From the UHGV virus genome UHGV-0194891: a DNA stretch of 35,993 nucleotides. One strand, written 5' to 3'. A program made the translations under genes and the position numbers. Origin of the DNA: a virus. The notes below the pieces were generated by a model, which did no database searches, was not told the DNA's origin, and saw only the letters and a program-made list of their open reading frames with translations. Within the stretch, counting starts at the first letter, position 1; each line of letters starts with the position of its first letter. Of this stretch, positions 27,095 through 34,996 are shown piece by piece.

Positions 27095-27453
27095 TATTGG
27101 ATTCTCTGCATCATGAGAAAGACAATCATGGCGGCGCGAAGGGGATTTTTATGTATAGCTCGCTTAGATTTACAGTAGGCCACACCACGTGCACCCCACT
27201 CGTCTTCATCGAGATTGATAATGCTAATCCTGTATTTTTCAATAATCGGCCATGAGTCTGCTGGGTTTGCGCATGGGTTAAAGGATCCGCGCTCAACTTC
27301 TACTTCAACTGCGTCTCCGTTTACAATGTCTCCCTCAAATGAGACAAACACCATATCGCCATTCTCACCTTCTTTGTAATCCGGTGATCCGTTATGAATG
27401 GCTTCGAATACCGCCACGTTAATTTCAAAATCACTTAACTGTGAATAATCCAT
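27094..27453 (-). CDS. Hypothetical nin-region protein
   Basis: ORF 27094-27495; the likely start is near 27453-27459 ([22 protein letters not shown]...), adjacent to the ninE stop. No motif recognised. Confidence 0.45.
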   Translation of the reverse strand: MDYSQLSDFEINVAVFEAIHNGSPDYKEGENGDMVFVSFEGDIVNGDAVEVEVERGSFNPCANPADSWPIIEKYRISIINLDEDEWGARGVAYCKSKRAIHKNPLRAAMIVFLMMQRIQ

Positions 27454-27455
27454 TG

Positions 27456-27632
27456 TCATTTCCTCGCACGATGTCTTAGCCACCGGATATCCCACAGGTG
27501 AGCCGTGTAGTTGAAGGTTTTTACGTCAGATTCTTTTGGGATTGGCTTGCGTTTATTTCTGGAGCGTTTCGTTGGAAGGTATTTGCAGTTTTCGCAGATT
27601 ATGTCGGTGATACTTCGTCGCTGTCGTCTCAT
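27456..27632 (-). CDS. ninE: NinE-like protein
   Basis: [58 protein letters not shown] matches lambda NinE as recalled; start is the internal Met of the longer track ORF. Confidence 0.75.
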   Translation of the reverse strand: MRRQRRSITDIICENCKYLPTKRSRNKRKPIPKESDVKTFNYTAHLWDIRWLRHRARK

Positions 27633-28051
27633 TCGTACCTCCTGTCGGTAAATCTGACACCCTGACCAATAGCCCATGCTGTCGTGTACTCAATCAGGCT
27701 TGCCATGCGCTTCACGCTCATCTGCGCGCTACTTTCGCGAATGTTGACGTATTCACCTTCAAGCCCGGGCAAAACATCAGCTTCCTGCTTTGTTGCCACT
27801 GCATGACCGCTTATCAACAAAACCTTCCATTGTTCTGGTTTTAACCATTTGCCGCACCATTGAACCTGACTTGCGATATCCGCCAGCATCGCGTGAAATT
27901 TTGCGTTCTGGTCAAGGTTGCGCTTGTAGTCAGTAATGCGGATGGTAACTGGCTTGTCTTTATCGAGTGGTGTTGCGAGGATGGCGGTGATTGCGGCTTG
28001 CTGTTGTTGCTTACTCCTGAGGAAAATTGTCTGTTTCATGGAATTCCTCAA
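27629..28051 (-). CDS. ninB: NinB-like recombination protein
   Basis: 140 aa; ...[42 protein letters not shown]... is collinear with lambda NinB. Confidence 0.7.
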   Translation of the reverse strand: MRNSMKQTIFLRSKQQQQAAITAILATPLDKDKPVTIRITDYKRNLDQNAKFHAMLADIASQVQWCGKWLKPEQWKVLLISGHAVATKQEADVLPGLEGEYVNIRESSAQMSVKRMASLIEYTTAWAIGQGVRFTDRRYE

Positions 28052-28260
28052 TATGTGTAAAGGCTATATCCGTTTTTATGTGTCCTGGTGCCATAGCCAT
28101 ATAGGCTCCAGTCATCCTGTTTTCTCTCACCAAAAATATGCTTGCGGTATTCTTCCTGCTGGCGTCTCCATATTTCCATCATGTCTGGCTGGTTCTTTTC
28201 TCGCATTTTTCGAATCTGCTCAAGGATGAACTCTATTTGCTGCTGATTTGTCATGCTCAC
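28048..28260 (-). CDS. Hypothetical small protein
   Basis: 70-aa ORF whose stop overlaps the ninB start; follows the tR2-like terminator. Confidence 0.45.
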   Translation of the reverse strand: MSMTNQQQIEFILEQIRKMREKNQPDMMEIWRRQQEEYRKHIFGERKQDDWSLYGYGTRTHKNGYSLYTY

Positions 28261-28508
28261 TCCTTTACTTTAAATCCAGACTCCGAATAATTCTGTTGCG
28301 CTGAAACTCATTGTTGAGTTTGGACAACCGTCGAAGAACACGGTCACGCGGATAGCGTAGTGCAGCAGGTGAATGCTCATACAACTCATCAATCGGCAAA
28401 CTGGACGATGAACGATACCGATACCAACGCACCAACTCTTCACGAAAATTAGCCCTGACAAGCTAAGCTATCGTACTCATTTCTTAAAGCCTCCAATTCC
28501 CTCTCCCC

Positions 28509-28541
28509 CAAATAAAAAGGCCTGCGATTACCAGCAGGCCT
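28509..28541 (-). terminator. tR2-like intrinsic terminator between the replication genes and the nin region
   Basis: Perfect 8-bp stem AGGCCTGC / GCAGGCCT (plus 28518-28525 and 28534-28541) with an 8-nt loop; on the minus strand it is followed by UUUUUAUUU. Confidence 0.65.
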
Positions 28542-28566
28542 GTTATTAGCTCAGTGATGTAGATGG

Positions 28567-28857
28567 TCATTGCCTTACCTCCATAAGCGCCCTATTAATA
28601 AACGCCGTCATTGGATTTGCACATCCCCACCCCGTACCATCTGGATTTCTTTTAATTGGCTCCTTCTTCACTTTGCGCTTTGCATAAATAACCATCTTCC
28701 ACTTACGCTCAACAACACTCAAATGCCCTTGTTTCACCATATGCCTTGCTGCTTGAGCGATTCTGTTATTTGGTATTCCGGTGATCAGAGCTAATTCATG
28801 TGGGGAGAATTGTTCATGAGTTTTCAGATATTCCAGGATGATTTCTTTTCCAGTCAC
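28567..28857 (-). CDS. Hypothetical DNA-binding protein (possible winged helix)
   Basis: 96-aa ORF starting at the DnaC-like stop; HELALITGIPNNRIAQAARHMVKQGHL looks like a helix-turn-helix. Confidence 0.45.
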   Translation of the reverse strand: MTGKEIILEYLKTHEQFSPHELALITGIPNNRIAQAARHMVKQGHLSVVERKWKMVIYAKRKVKKEPIKRNPDGTGWGCANPMTAFINRALMEVRQ

Positions 28858-29765
28858 GATCTGCTCCTGTAACTATCCCATGTAAACGCAAGAGTGCACC
28901 CTCCGCCATCATTCATCCTGTCAATAACACGCTCACCAATGAATGCCGAAAGTTCATCTTTGCTCTGATTACTAATCAGGATTGTTGGCTTCATGTATTC
29001 ATATCTGGTGTTGATAATTTCGAACATGATTAGCTTTTCAGCATCACTGCCGAACTGCACGCCAACCTCATCGATTATTAACAAGTCAGGATGCGTAAAT
29101 TGCCTAATGACTTCTTCTTCAGTTCTGGTTGCGGCCTTAGACCATGTTGATTTGTACTCTCTGGCAATTTTCAACGCAGTGGTAAATATCACAGAGCTTT
29201 GATGCTCGATAATGGCGTGCCTAGCGATAGCCAGTGCAAGGTGGTTCTTTCCAGTTCCAGGCTTACCACACATGACCAGTCCGCCACCTTTTTGAAGGCG
29301 TTCAGGCCACTTACTGGCATATGCCTGGCATACCTTAAGAACTCGCTTTGCATCATCGTTAACAGGCTCATAATTCTGAAGAGTGCAATTTTTGAACCTC
29401 TCTGGAATATTGAGAGAATTCAACAAATATTCAATTTTTGATTGTCTTGCTCTTTGTTCTGCCTGCTCACGTTCAATCTCTTTCTTACGAATTTTCTCCT
29501 CAAGGCACTGTGGGCACTCAGATTTACTTGAAGTAATTCTTTTTCCTGAGATGGTCAGATATTTCTCATAGGAAGTATATTTACCGTGTTTCTCGCACTC
29601 TTCCACTGTGCTGGTAACTGACATTCCATCTGATACTGATCCAATTTTGCTAAACTCAAGTTTCTGTTTCAGATCAGAAATGTCATTGATTTTTGAGTCT
29701 ACAAGTTGCCTTTGCAGTGCCAGATTGTAACCATTTGTCGTATTCATATTCACTCCTGCGCCCAT
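28854..29765 (-). CDS. DnaC-like replicative helicase loader
   Basis: 303 aa with Walker A (GKPGTGKNHLALAIA) and Walker B-like (LLIIDEVG) motifs; directly downstream of the O-like gene. Confidence 0.8.
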   Translation of the reverse strand: MGAGVNMNTTNGYNLALQRQLVDSKINDISDLKQKLEFSKIGSVSDGMSVTSTVEECEKHGKYTSYEKYLTISGKRITSSKSECPQCLEEKIRKKEIEREQAEQRARQSKIEYLLNSLNIPERFKNCTLQNYEPVNDDAKRVLKVCQAYASKWPERLQKGGGLVMCGKPGTGKNHLALAIARHAIIEHQSSVIFTTALKIAREYKSTWSKAATRTEEEVIRQFTHPDLLIIDEVGVQFGSDAEKLIMFEIINTRYEYMKPTILISNQSKDELSAFIGERVIDRMNDGGGCTLAFTWDSYRSRS

Positions 29766-30595
29766 GAAGGCATTTCAGTTTGCCCGTAATCTTTGGCGGC
29801 AAAGTTTTCCTGCATAGCTCGCTGCTGCGGCCTCGGTTGAGATTTCCCCTTTGGAGTCTTGGGTTCAAAAATCCCCTGCCAACCACTGGCGATGCTCTGG
29901 TTTATAATTTCTTCAGGTGTATATCCCTTCTCCAGACTTCTGCTTAGAACGTTGATAGCCTGAGTGACGCTTTGCTTAGACTTGATCGACTTACCTATCT
30001 CCTTGCGATAGGTAACCCACGACAACCATGTTTCTGCCGATAACCAATCAGGCAACTCTGTTTCTAGCGGGTCGAACTTCTGAGAAATTTTTTTGGGGGA
30101 TATAGGGGGTTTATTAATATTTTCTTTTGTCTTTAAAGAATGTCTTTTGTGTGTCTCTAACTTCGAGACATTGAGTGTCTCTAATTTGGAGACATTTTTT
30201 GTCTCTAACTTCGAGACAAAGTTGCTAACTTGGAGACACTTGCTGAATTGCCACGCAGATACCTCCCTGTCTACACCGATTTGATTTCCATCCATAAACA
30301 GGCAATTCATTGAAATCAGTTCTTTTTTAGCCTTGTTAACATTCTGCCTTGATAGTCCTGTTAACTGAGCAATTTGCTCATCGGCTATTCGATCTGTTTT
30401 CTTATTGAATCCATATGTTTTCCGGACGTAGGCCAGCATAACTTTCAACTGGCGAGCGGTTAAATCGGCACTTGCGATAGCTTCCAGCAGCTCGTTAGCG
30501 AATCTGGTGTAACCATCATCGATATCAGCCACTCTTAGCTCCTGTTCGGCAAAGTTACCTCTGCCGAAGTTGAGTATTTTTGCTGTATTTGTCAT
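29750..30595 (-). CDS. O: Replication initiator, lambda O-like, with in-gene ori
   Basis: N-terminus MTNTAKILNFGRGNFAEQELRVADIDDGYTRFANELLEA... is collinear with lambda O; a repeated SKLETKNVSKLET peptide is encoded by the iterons. Confidence 0.8.
   Translation of the reverse strand: MTNTAKILNFGRGNFAEQELRVADIDDGYTRFANELLEAIASADLTARQLKVMLAYVRKTYGFNKKTDRIADEQIAQLTGLSRQNVNKAKKELISMNCLFMDGNQIGVDREVSAWQFSKCLQVSNFVSKLETKNVSKLETLNVSKLETHKRHSLKTKENINKPPISPKKISQKFDPLETELPDWLSAETWLSWVTYRKEIGKSIKSKQSVTQAINVLSRSLEKGYTPEEIINQSIASGWQGIFEPKTPKGKSQPRPQQRAMQENFAAKDYGQTEMPSWAQE
30152..30238. repeat. Origin iterons inside the O gene
   Basis: TGTCTCTAACTTCGAGACA at 30152-30170 and 30200-30218, TGTCTCTAATTTGGAGACA at 30176-30194, and a degenerate fourth copy at 30221-30238; 24-bp phasing, each an inverted repeat TGTCTC-N7-GAGACA; AT-rich block at 30085-30150. 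Confidence 0.7.
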
Positions 30596-30627
30596 AATGA
30601 CTCCTGTGGATTGATCCAGTAATTACC

Positions 30628-30924
30628 TCAGAATTGCATATCAATTTGCTTAAAATCCTCGGTGGCGGCCGGGGATTTTTTCTTTGTGATTTCATCAAGC
30701 GCATACTTAAAAGCCCTACTAATCGGACTGATGTCTGATGCCATTCCGAAAGCACACAAGACCGAAGCAATAAACCTCCAGTCCGTTCTGCTTATCTTCG
30801 ATTCATGACAGCCAATCATCTTTGCCAAACCGCGCTGGGTAAGCGTTGACAGGTTGATGAGTAAATCAGTTTCAGCGCGATCAATTTCTCGCTGTGTTGG
30901 CTTGCTGTAACTTGCTTGTGTCAT
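30628..30924 (-). CDS. cII: cII-like transcriptional activator
   Basis: 98 aa, same length class as lambda cII; HTH region (LAKMIGCHESKISR) and C-terminal KKKSPAATEDFKQIDMQF parallel lambda KKRPAATERSEQIQMEF. Confidence 0.65.
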   Translation of the reverse strand: MTQASYSKPTQREIDRAETDLLINLSTLTQRGLAKMIGCHESKISRTDWRFIASVLCAFGMASDISPISRAFKYALDEITKKKSPAATEDFKQIDMQF

Positions 30925-31009
30925 TTCTTAATATTTCCAATAGTGAATAGTTAGTTGAAAGGTATGCGTGGAAACTCATATGACCTTAGTTGGTCAGATA
31001 TCTTGGGGC

Positions 31010-31055
31010 TCGCTTTGTCAGCGACGTAGGACGAATGTCCATTGTGAAAAGAGCG
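31010..31055 (-). promoter_or_regulatory. nutR-like site (boxA plus boxB) between cro and cII
   Basis: Minus strand CGCTCTTTTCACAATGG (boxA-like, CGCTCTT core) followed by the hairpin UCGCUGACAAAGCGA (boxB-like, GACAAA loop). Confidence 0.5.
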
Positions 31056-31062
31056 GTGTTAC

Positions 31063-31296
31063 TTATGCTGCTGATGCTCTACGCGATACGAACACCAGGT
31101 TTTCCTTTTTCACGGGTTTATAGGCCGTGAAATTACGAGTAGCTTCTTCGATTGCATTCGCTTTATCAGGGGAAGCTCTTCGAAATCCATATGCAATCTG
31201 GTCAAGATAGCCAACTGAAGTTTTCGCTAATGCGGCGAGTCGCTTCCATTCCTCACTAGAAGCCTCTTTTCGCCAGCGTAGTAGTTCATTACTCAT
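31063..31296 (-). CDS. cro: Cro-like repressor
   Basis: 77-aa ORF divergent from cI across a 113-bp operator region; GGAGG precedes the ATG; HTH-like segment SVGYLDQIAYGF. Confidence 0.6.
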   Translation of the reverse strand: MSNELLRWRKEASSEEWKRLAALAKTSVGYLDQIAYGFRRASPDKANAIEEATRNFTAYKPVKKENLVFVSRRASAA

Positions 31297-31409
31297 TAGT
31301 GCCTCCGTTTATCATACAGAATAACTTTACCATTTTGATAAATCAACCGCAATGTAAATTTATCATATTGCGTATTTATCCATTTGCTAAATAGAGGGAA
31401 AATTGTGAG
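31297..31409. promoter_or_regulatory. Divergent cI/cro control region (OR with PR and PRM)
   Basis: AT-rich intergenic region with repeated TTTATCAT-type elements (31308-31315, 31357-31366) and a TTGATAAATCAA inverted repeat (31335-31346); the same motif family recurs at OL. Confidence 0.55.
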
Positions 31410-32114
31410 ATGGAAAACAAAGATATTCGCAAATCGAATCTGGCGTTTTTGCTAGATGAGCATAAAAAAATCGCGGGTAACACTAATGCAAGCTTTGCCG
31501 ATAAGCTTGGGGTTAGCCCTTCTCAACTCACGCAAGTCTCCGGTGAAAAAAGCACTCGAAACATAGGGGATAAACTAGCAAGAAAATTTGAAGCCGCACT
31601 TGGGTTACCTAATGGGTGGCTTGATTTGGTACATGATGTAACACCAATTGCATCATGCTCAGATTCTTTAACTTTTGTCGGTCAGGTAAGAAAAGGGTTA
31701 GTGCGCGTGGTTGGTGAGGCAATTCTTGGTGTTGATGGTGCCATCGAGATGACCGAAGAGCGCGATGGGTGGCTCAAAATTTATAGCGATGATCCAGATG
31801 CCTTTGGCCTTCGTGTGAAAGGAGACAGCATGTGGCCTAGAATAAAATCAGGAGAATATGTACTCATTGAGCCTAACACCAAAGTATTCCCGGGTGATGA
31901 GGTGTTTGTCAGAACCGTTGAAGGACACAACATGATTAAGGTTCTTGGCTATGACAGAGATGGAGAATACCAATTTACAAGCATCAACCAAGACCACAGG
32001 CCAATAACGTTGCCTTATCATCAAGTAGCAAAGGTGGAGTATGTGGCTGGTATTCTGAAGCAATCTCGCCATCTGGATGACATCGAGGCAAGGGAGTGGC
32101 TGAAAAGTTCGTGA
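31410..32114 (+). CDS. cI: CI-type prophage repressor (HTH plus LexA-like S24 autopeptidase domain)
   Basis: 234 aa; N-terminal HTH (FADKLGVSPSQLTQV), C-terminal GDSMWP serine motif and the downstream Lys (HNMIKVL) typical of RecA-stimulated self-cleaving repressors. Confidence 0.85.
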   Translation: MENKDIRKSNLAFLLDEHKKIAGNTNASFADKLGVSPSQLTQVSGEKSTRNIGDKLARKFEAALGLPNGWLDLVHDVTPIASCSDSLTFVGQVRKGLVRVVGEAILGVDGAIEMTEERDGWLKIYSDDPDAFGLRVKGDSMWPRIKSGEYVLIEPNTKVFPGDEVFVRTVEGHNMIKVLGYDRDGEYQFTSINQDHRPITLPYHQVAKVEYVAGILKQSRHLDDIEAREWLKSS

Positions 32115-32313
32115 CTTCATCGTCCCATAGCTGATAGCCAGTGGCCTGAAGAGACGTTTGGGTGATGGGCAAGGTGTTCTGGTCGGCGCATAGCTGGTGA
32201 AAAAATTATTTAATGCGGTGTATTGGCTGATTGTAACCCCATGTAACATCTTGCCGTCACCATTTCGGTGGTTAGATTTTTAATAAAAAAACAAATGTAT
32301 AGCAAGGTTTTTT

Positions 32314-32793
32314 ATGGATAAAATTAATTACCCACCCCTGTTTGAGCCAGGGTTCCATGACATGGATGAAGCTGGATTAAAATCGTATTGTGTCGATTGC
32401 TTTCCTTCATCATCCAGGCGAGGCATGCTATACTGTAATTTTATACAGCTACTCGAATCTATTCGAGAATTATCTGCTCAATATGGCTGTTTTACAGAAA
32501 TATGGGTTGATGGTTCATACACCACGTCTAAACCAGAGCCTGATGATATTGATATTTTGTTGGTATGTGACTATAGCAATATAAACTCAATACCTGTCAT
32601 GCTTCGGGGCCGCGTCGATAATTTGCTTGACCGAAACTACATCAAACAAAACTACAAAATTGATGTCCTACTACTCATGAAGAATTTAGATGACCCTAAC
32701 TATGATTATGAGTACTGGCGTAGCTACTGGCGCGGTTGGTTTGGTTTTGATCGCAGTGAAAACCCGAAAGGGTTAGTGAGGATTTTTTTATGA
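32314..32793 (+). CDS. Hypothetical protein with Pol-beta-type nucleotidyltransferase-like motif; gene 1 of the cI-adjacent cassette
   Basis: 159 aa; WVDGSYTTSKPEPDDIDILLV fits G[SG]-x(9-13)-DhDh; AT-rich; candidate promoter TTGCCG (32251-32256) and TAGATT (32273-32278) upstream. Confidence 0.6.
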   Translation: MDKINYPPLFEPGFHDMDEAGLKSYCVDCFPSSSRRGMLYCNFIQLLESIRELSAQYGCFTEIWVDGSYTTSKPEPDDIDILLVCDYSNINSIPVMLRGRVDNLLDRNYIKQNYKIDVLLLMKNLDDPNYDYEYWRSYWRGWFGFDRSENPKGLVRIFL

Positions 32794-33722
32794 ATGATAA
32801 ATCAATGTTTAAAAATTGCGATAAACGCATTGATTTCATTCAAAAAGAAGTCGATGCAATGAAGCAAAACAAAACCAGGTCCTTTGCTGACATGCTTCTT
32901 TATCGCTCCATGGATTCTCATCTGAGCGATTTGAAGGCCGAAAAATTAAAGCAAGATAGTCGGCACCCACTTATCGATTTTTTTGAGCTGCGGCTGAAAG
33001 GCTCTGAGGTTGACTTTGGCTCTATTCCTTTAGAGCTGCTTGGGGCTATTTCAACAAATCTTGCAGCGCTAATACAAAGAGCAACACACAAAATTGCCTC
33101 AGGCAAGGACTCAAAAAAAGTTCCCTACGACGTGAAAAGCTCCTTAAACCTCAGGCTGGCTGATTTATCCCCTGGGTCTACAAAATTGGGCGTCACCTTC
33201 TCTACAGGAATAGCAGAATTAGTAGAAACAGTACCCAGCAAGGCTGTAAAAGGCATATTCGATTTGTTGTTAAGCGATGACGACAACAACTTCATGAATC
33301 ACGTCGCTGAAATTGGATACAATTCCACTGTAAGCCTTAAGAGAATCGTAGAGGAATGCGATAAACACAACTTAACATTTGATGCAAGTTGGACCGGTCC
33401 ATTTAGTAATGGCACCAAGGTGGTAACTATTGACTCCAATAAAATTAAGTACTTGGTGAGTAGACTTACATCAACCATTTCATCACCTCCCATTACTGAA
33501 ACGGTTACAGGCGAACTGGTCGTTCTATCCAAATATGGGAAGCTGGAGCTTGATGTTGGTGGTGAACATTTAAAGGCTTCCTATCCGATTGAAATGCTAG
33601 ATTTAATACAAAAAAAACACAAGGTCGGACAGATTGTTTCTCTTTTAGTGGAGACTACTGAGATTCACAATGATCGCATAGGTCTGTACCGTAAAAACCA
33701 TCTTGTTAAATCGGTTCTTTAA
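32790..33722 (+). CDS. Hypothetical 310-aa protein; gene 2 of the cI-adjacent cassette, translationally coupled
   Basis: ATG 32790-32792 overlaps the upstream TGA 32791-32793 (ATGA); AT-rich; no transmembrane segment or motif recognised; followed by a terminator. Confidence 0.65.
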   Translation: MNDKSMFKNCDKRIDFIQKEVDAMKQNKTRSFADMLLYRSMDSHLSDLKAEKLKQDSRHPLIDFFELRLKGSEVDFGSIPLELLGAISTNLAALIQRATHKIASGKDSKKVPYDVKSSLNLRLADLSPGSTKLGVTFSTGIAELVETVPSKAVKGIFDLLLSDDDNNFMNHVAEIGYNSTVSLKRIVEECDKHNLTFDASWTGPFSNGTKVVTIDSNKIKYLVSRLTSTISSPPITETVTGELVVLSKYGKLELDVGGEHLKASYPIEMLDLIQKKHKVGQIVSLLVETTEIHNDRIGLYRKNHLVKSVL

Positions 33723-33729
33723 TATCTCA

Positions 33730-33755
33730 CCCGGCCTCAGCGCCGGGTTTTCTTT
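33730..33755 (+). terminator. Intrinsic terminator closing the cI operon
   Basis: CCCGGC-ctcagc-GCCGGG hairpin followed by TTTTCTTT, 8 nt after the cassette stop codon. Confidence 0.7.
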
Positions 33756-33931
33756 GCCTCTCGATCCCCCACCTAAAAAACATAACTCATTGTATTTATT
33801 GAAAAACTGATTGATACAACTTGCTAAACCACGCAATCCAGATCTCCCTCAAATCTCTTTATTTATCCTGTCGAATTCCTACAACAAAATAAAACACCAT
33901 AAGAATCAATACGATATTTGAAAATCAAAAG

Positions 33932-33984
33932 AATTTATCATTTTGCTATTGCCATTAATTTATCATTCCGATAAAGTTTGCCCA
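33932..33984 (+). promoter_or_regulatory. PL promoter with OL operators
   Basis: -35 TTGCCA (33949-33954), 17 nt, -10 TAAAGT (33972-33977), then CATCAGCAGGACGCACT, which matches the lambda PL start region as recalled. The 17-bp palindrome TTTATCATTCCGATAAA (33959-33975) overlaps the promoter; AATTTATCAT repeats at 33932 and 33957. Confidence 0.6.
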
Positions 33985-34045
33985 TCAGCAGGACGCACTA
34001 CTCACCAGGGCGGTGAATATACAACGATTCGAATATGAATCTACG

Positions 34046-34060
34046 GCGCTGACAAAGCGC
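34046..34060 (+). promoter_or_regulatory. nutL boxB hairpin (P22-type)
   Basis: GCGCTGACAAAGCGC, identical to the P22 boxB-left RNA as I recall it; lies in the PL leader about 260 nt upstream of N. No canonical boxA seen upstream. Confidence 0.6.
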
Positions 34061-34321
34061 AATAACCAAAGTGAACTTTGGGGTGTGGTGAAGCCAGCTA
34101 GTCACTGGCAAGTGCTTACCTACTGTTGAGCGGTGAAGCGCTCCCAACGCTAGCAATAGCGTGGACGAGATGGGGAGCCGCGGGCGATAAGGCCGCCATA
34201 ACGCGCACGTTGTCGCATGGAAAAATCACTGGGGTGCCGGTTATACCCCTCCGAATGAGACTCAACAAGCTGGAGCTAGACTACCAGCCACCACACCACC
34301 AAAGTTCATCAGGAGGTCTAT

Positions 34322-34705
34322 ATGACACGCAGAACTCAGTTCAAAGGCAATTCACGTTCTCGTCGTCGTGAGCGTTTAAAGGCAAAGGCATTAGCTAACG
34401 GCGTACTGGCCCGCGAAGAAGCAATAAGTTCAGAAGTATTACACCGCCCTACTCTAAGCAGATCGCAGATTCAGGCTAAAGGTACTCACGAAACGCCTGA
34501 GCGCATAGAAGACGCTAAGCCAATTAAGTTCATGGCACAGGACGTGATCTGGCAACAGAAAGAATACAGACGCAATCTGGAGCGAGCGGCCATTGTGTAC
34601 GCGAATGAGTTTGGACATAAGCAACCAGAAACTGGTGTATGTCTTCCAAACGTAGCCATTTACGCGGCAGGCTACAGGAAATCAAAACAACTGACAGCGA
34701 GGTAA
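34322..34705 (+). CDS. N: N-like antiterminator (P22 gp24-like)
   Basis: 127 aa; N-terminal arginine-rich motif (TRRTQFKGNSRSRRRERLKAKA) and C-terminal ...VAIYAAGYRKSKQLTAR; first gene of the PL operon downstream of the nutL boxB. Confidence 0.7.
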   Translation: MTRRTQFKGNSRSRRRERLKAKALANGVLAREEAISSEVLHRPTLSRSQIQAKGTHETPERIEDAKPIKFMAQDVIWQQKEYRRNLERAAIVYANEFGHKQPETGVCLPNVAIYAAGYRKSKQLTAR

Positions 34706-34708
34706 GTG

Positions 34709-34933
34709 ATGAATCAGACATACATACCATCATGCTTGAGAAATCTGCCAAAGCAGAAAGCAAAGCCCCGCAAGCAAGCCATAAAGGACGCTAAGGCAGA
34801 GGTTATTGATCAAGCAATACAATTGCTCAGGGATGAGTTAAGAAGTGGCAAGCTCGAAGGAATGATGATGCCCTATCAGCGCGGATATCTATCGGCGATT
34901 AGTAAGTTGGAAGTATTGAAGAGTGAATTATGA
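34709..34933 (+). CDS. Hypothetical early-left protein
   Basis: About 74-aa ORF starting right after the N stop (ATG 34709; the track uses GTG 34706). Confidence 0.4.
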   Translation: MNQTYIPSCLRNLPKQKAKPRKQAIKDAKAEVIDQAIQLLRDELRSGKLEGMMMPYQRGYLSAISKLEVLKSEL

Positions 34934-34996
34934 ACTATCTGGAATTTCCGGATGGTTCATTGTTTTGGCAGCAAACCACTGTATGAGGGATGAATT

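Noticed and set aside
28270-28461. 63-aa minus-strand ORF in the interval between the terminator and the 70-aa nin gene
   Set aside because: Cys/His-rich, low-complexity translation with no start context; the interval is more plausibly untranslated leader after the terminator.
28480-28566. 28-codon minus-strand ORF (MTIYITELITGLLVIAGLFIWGRGNWRL) with a hydrophobic core, starting right after the upstream stop
   Set aside because: Its hydrophobic codons are exactly the two arms of the 8-bp terminator hairpin (28518-28541), so the apparent ORF is most likely a by-product of the terminator; no convincing ribosome-binding site.
32918-33532. Minus-strand ORFs (32918-33106, 33299-33532) inside gene 2 of the cI-adjacent cassette
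   Set aside because: Short, antisense to a longer and better-supported plus-strand frame that is translationally coupled to gene 1; treated as shadow ORFs.
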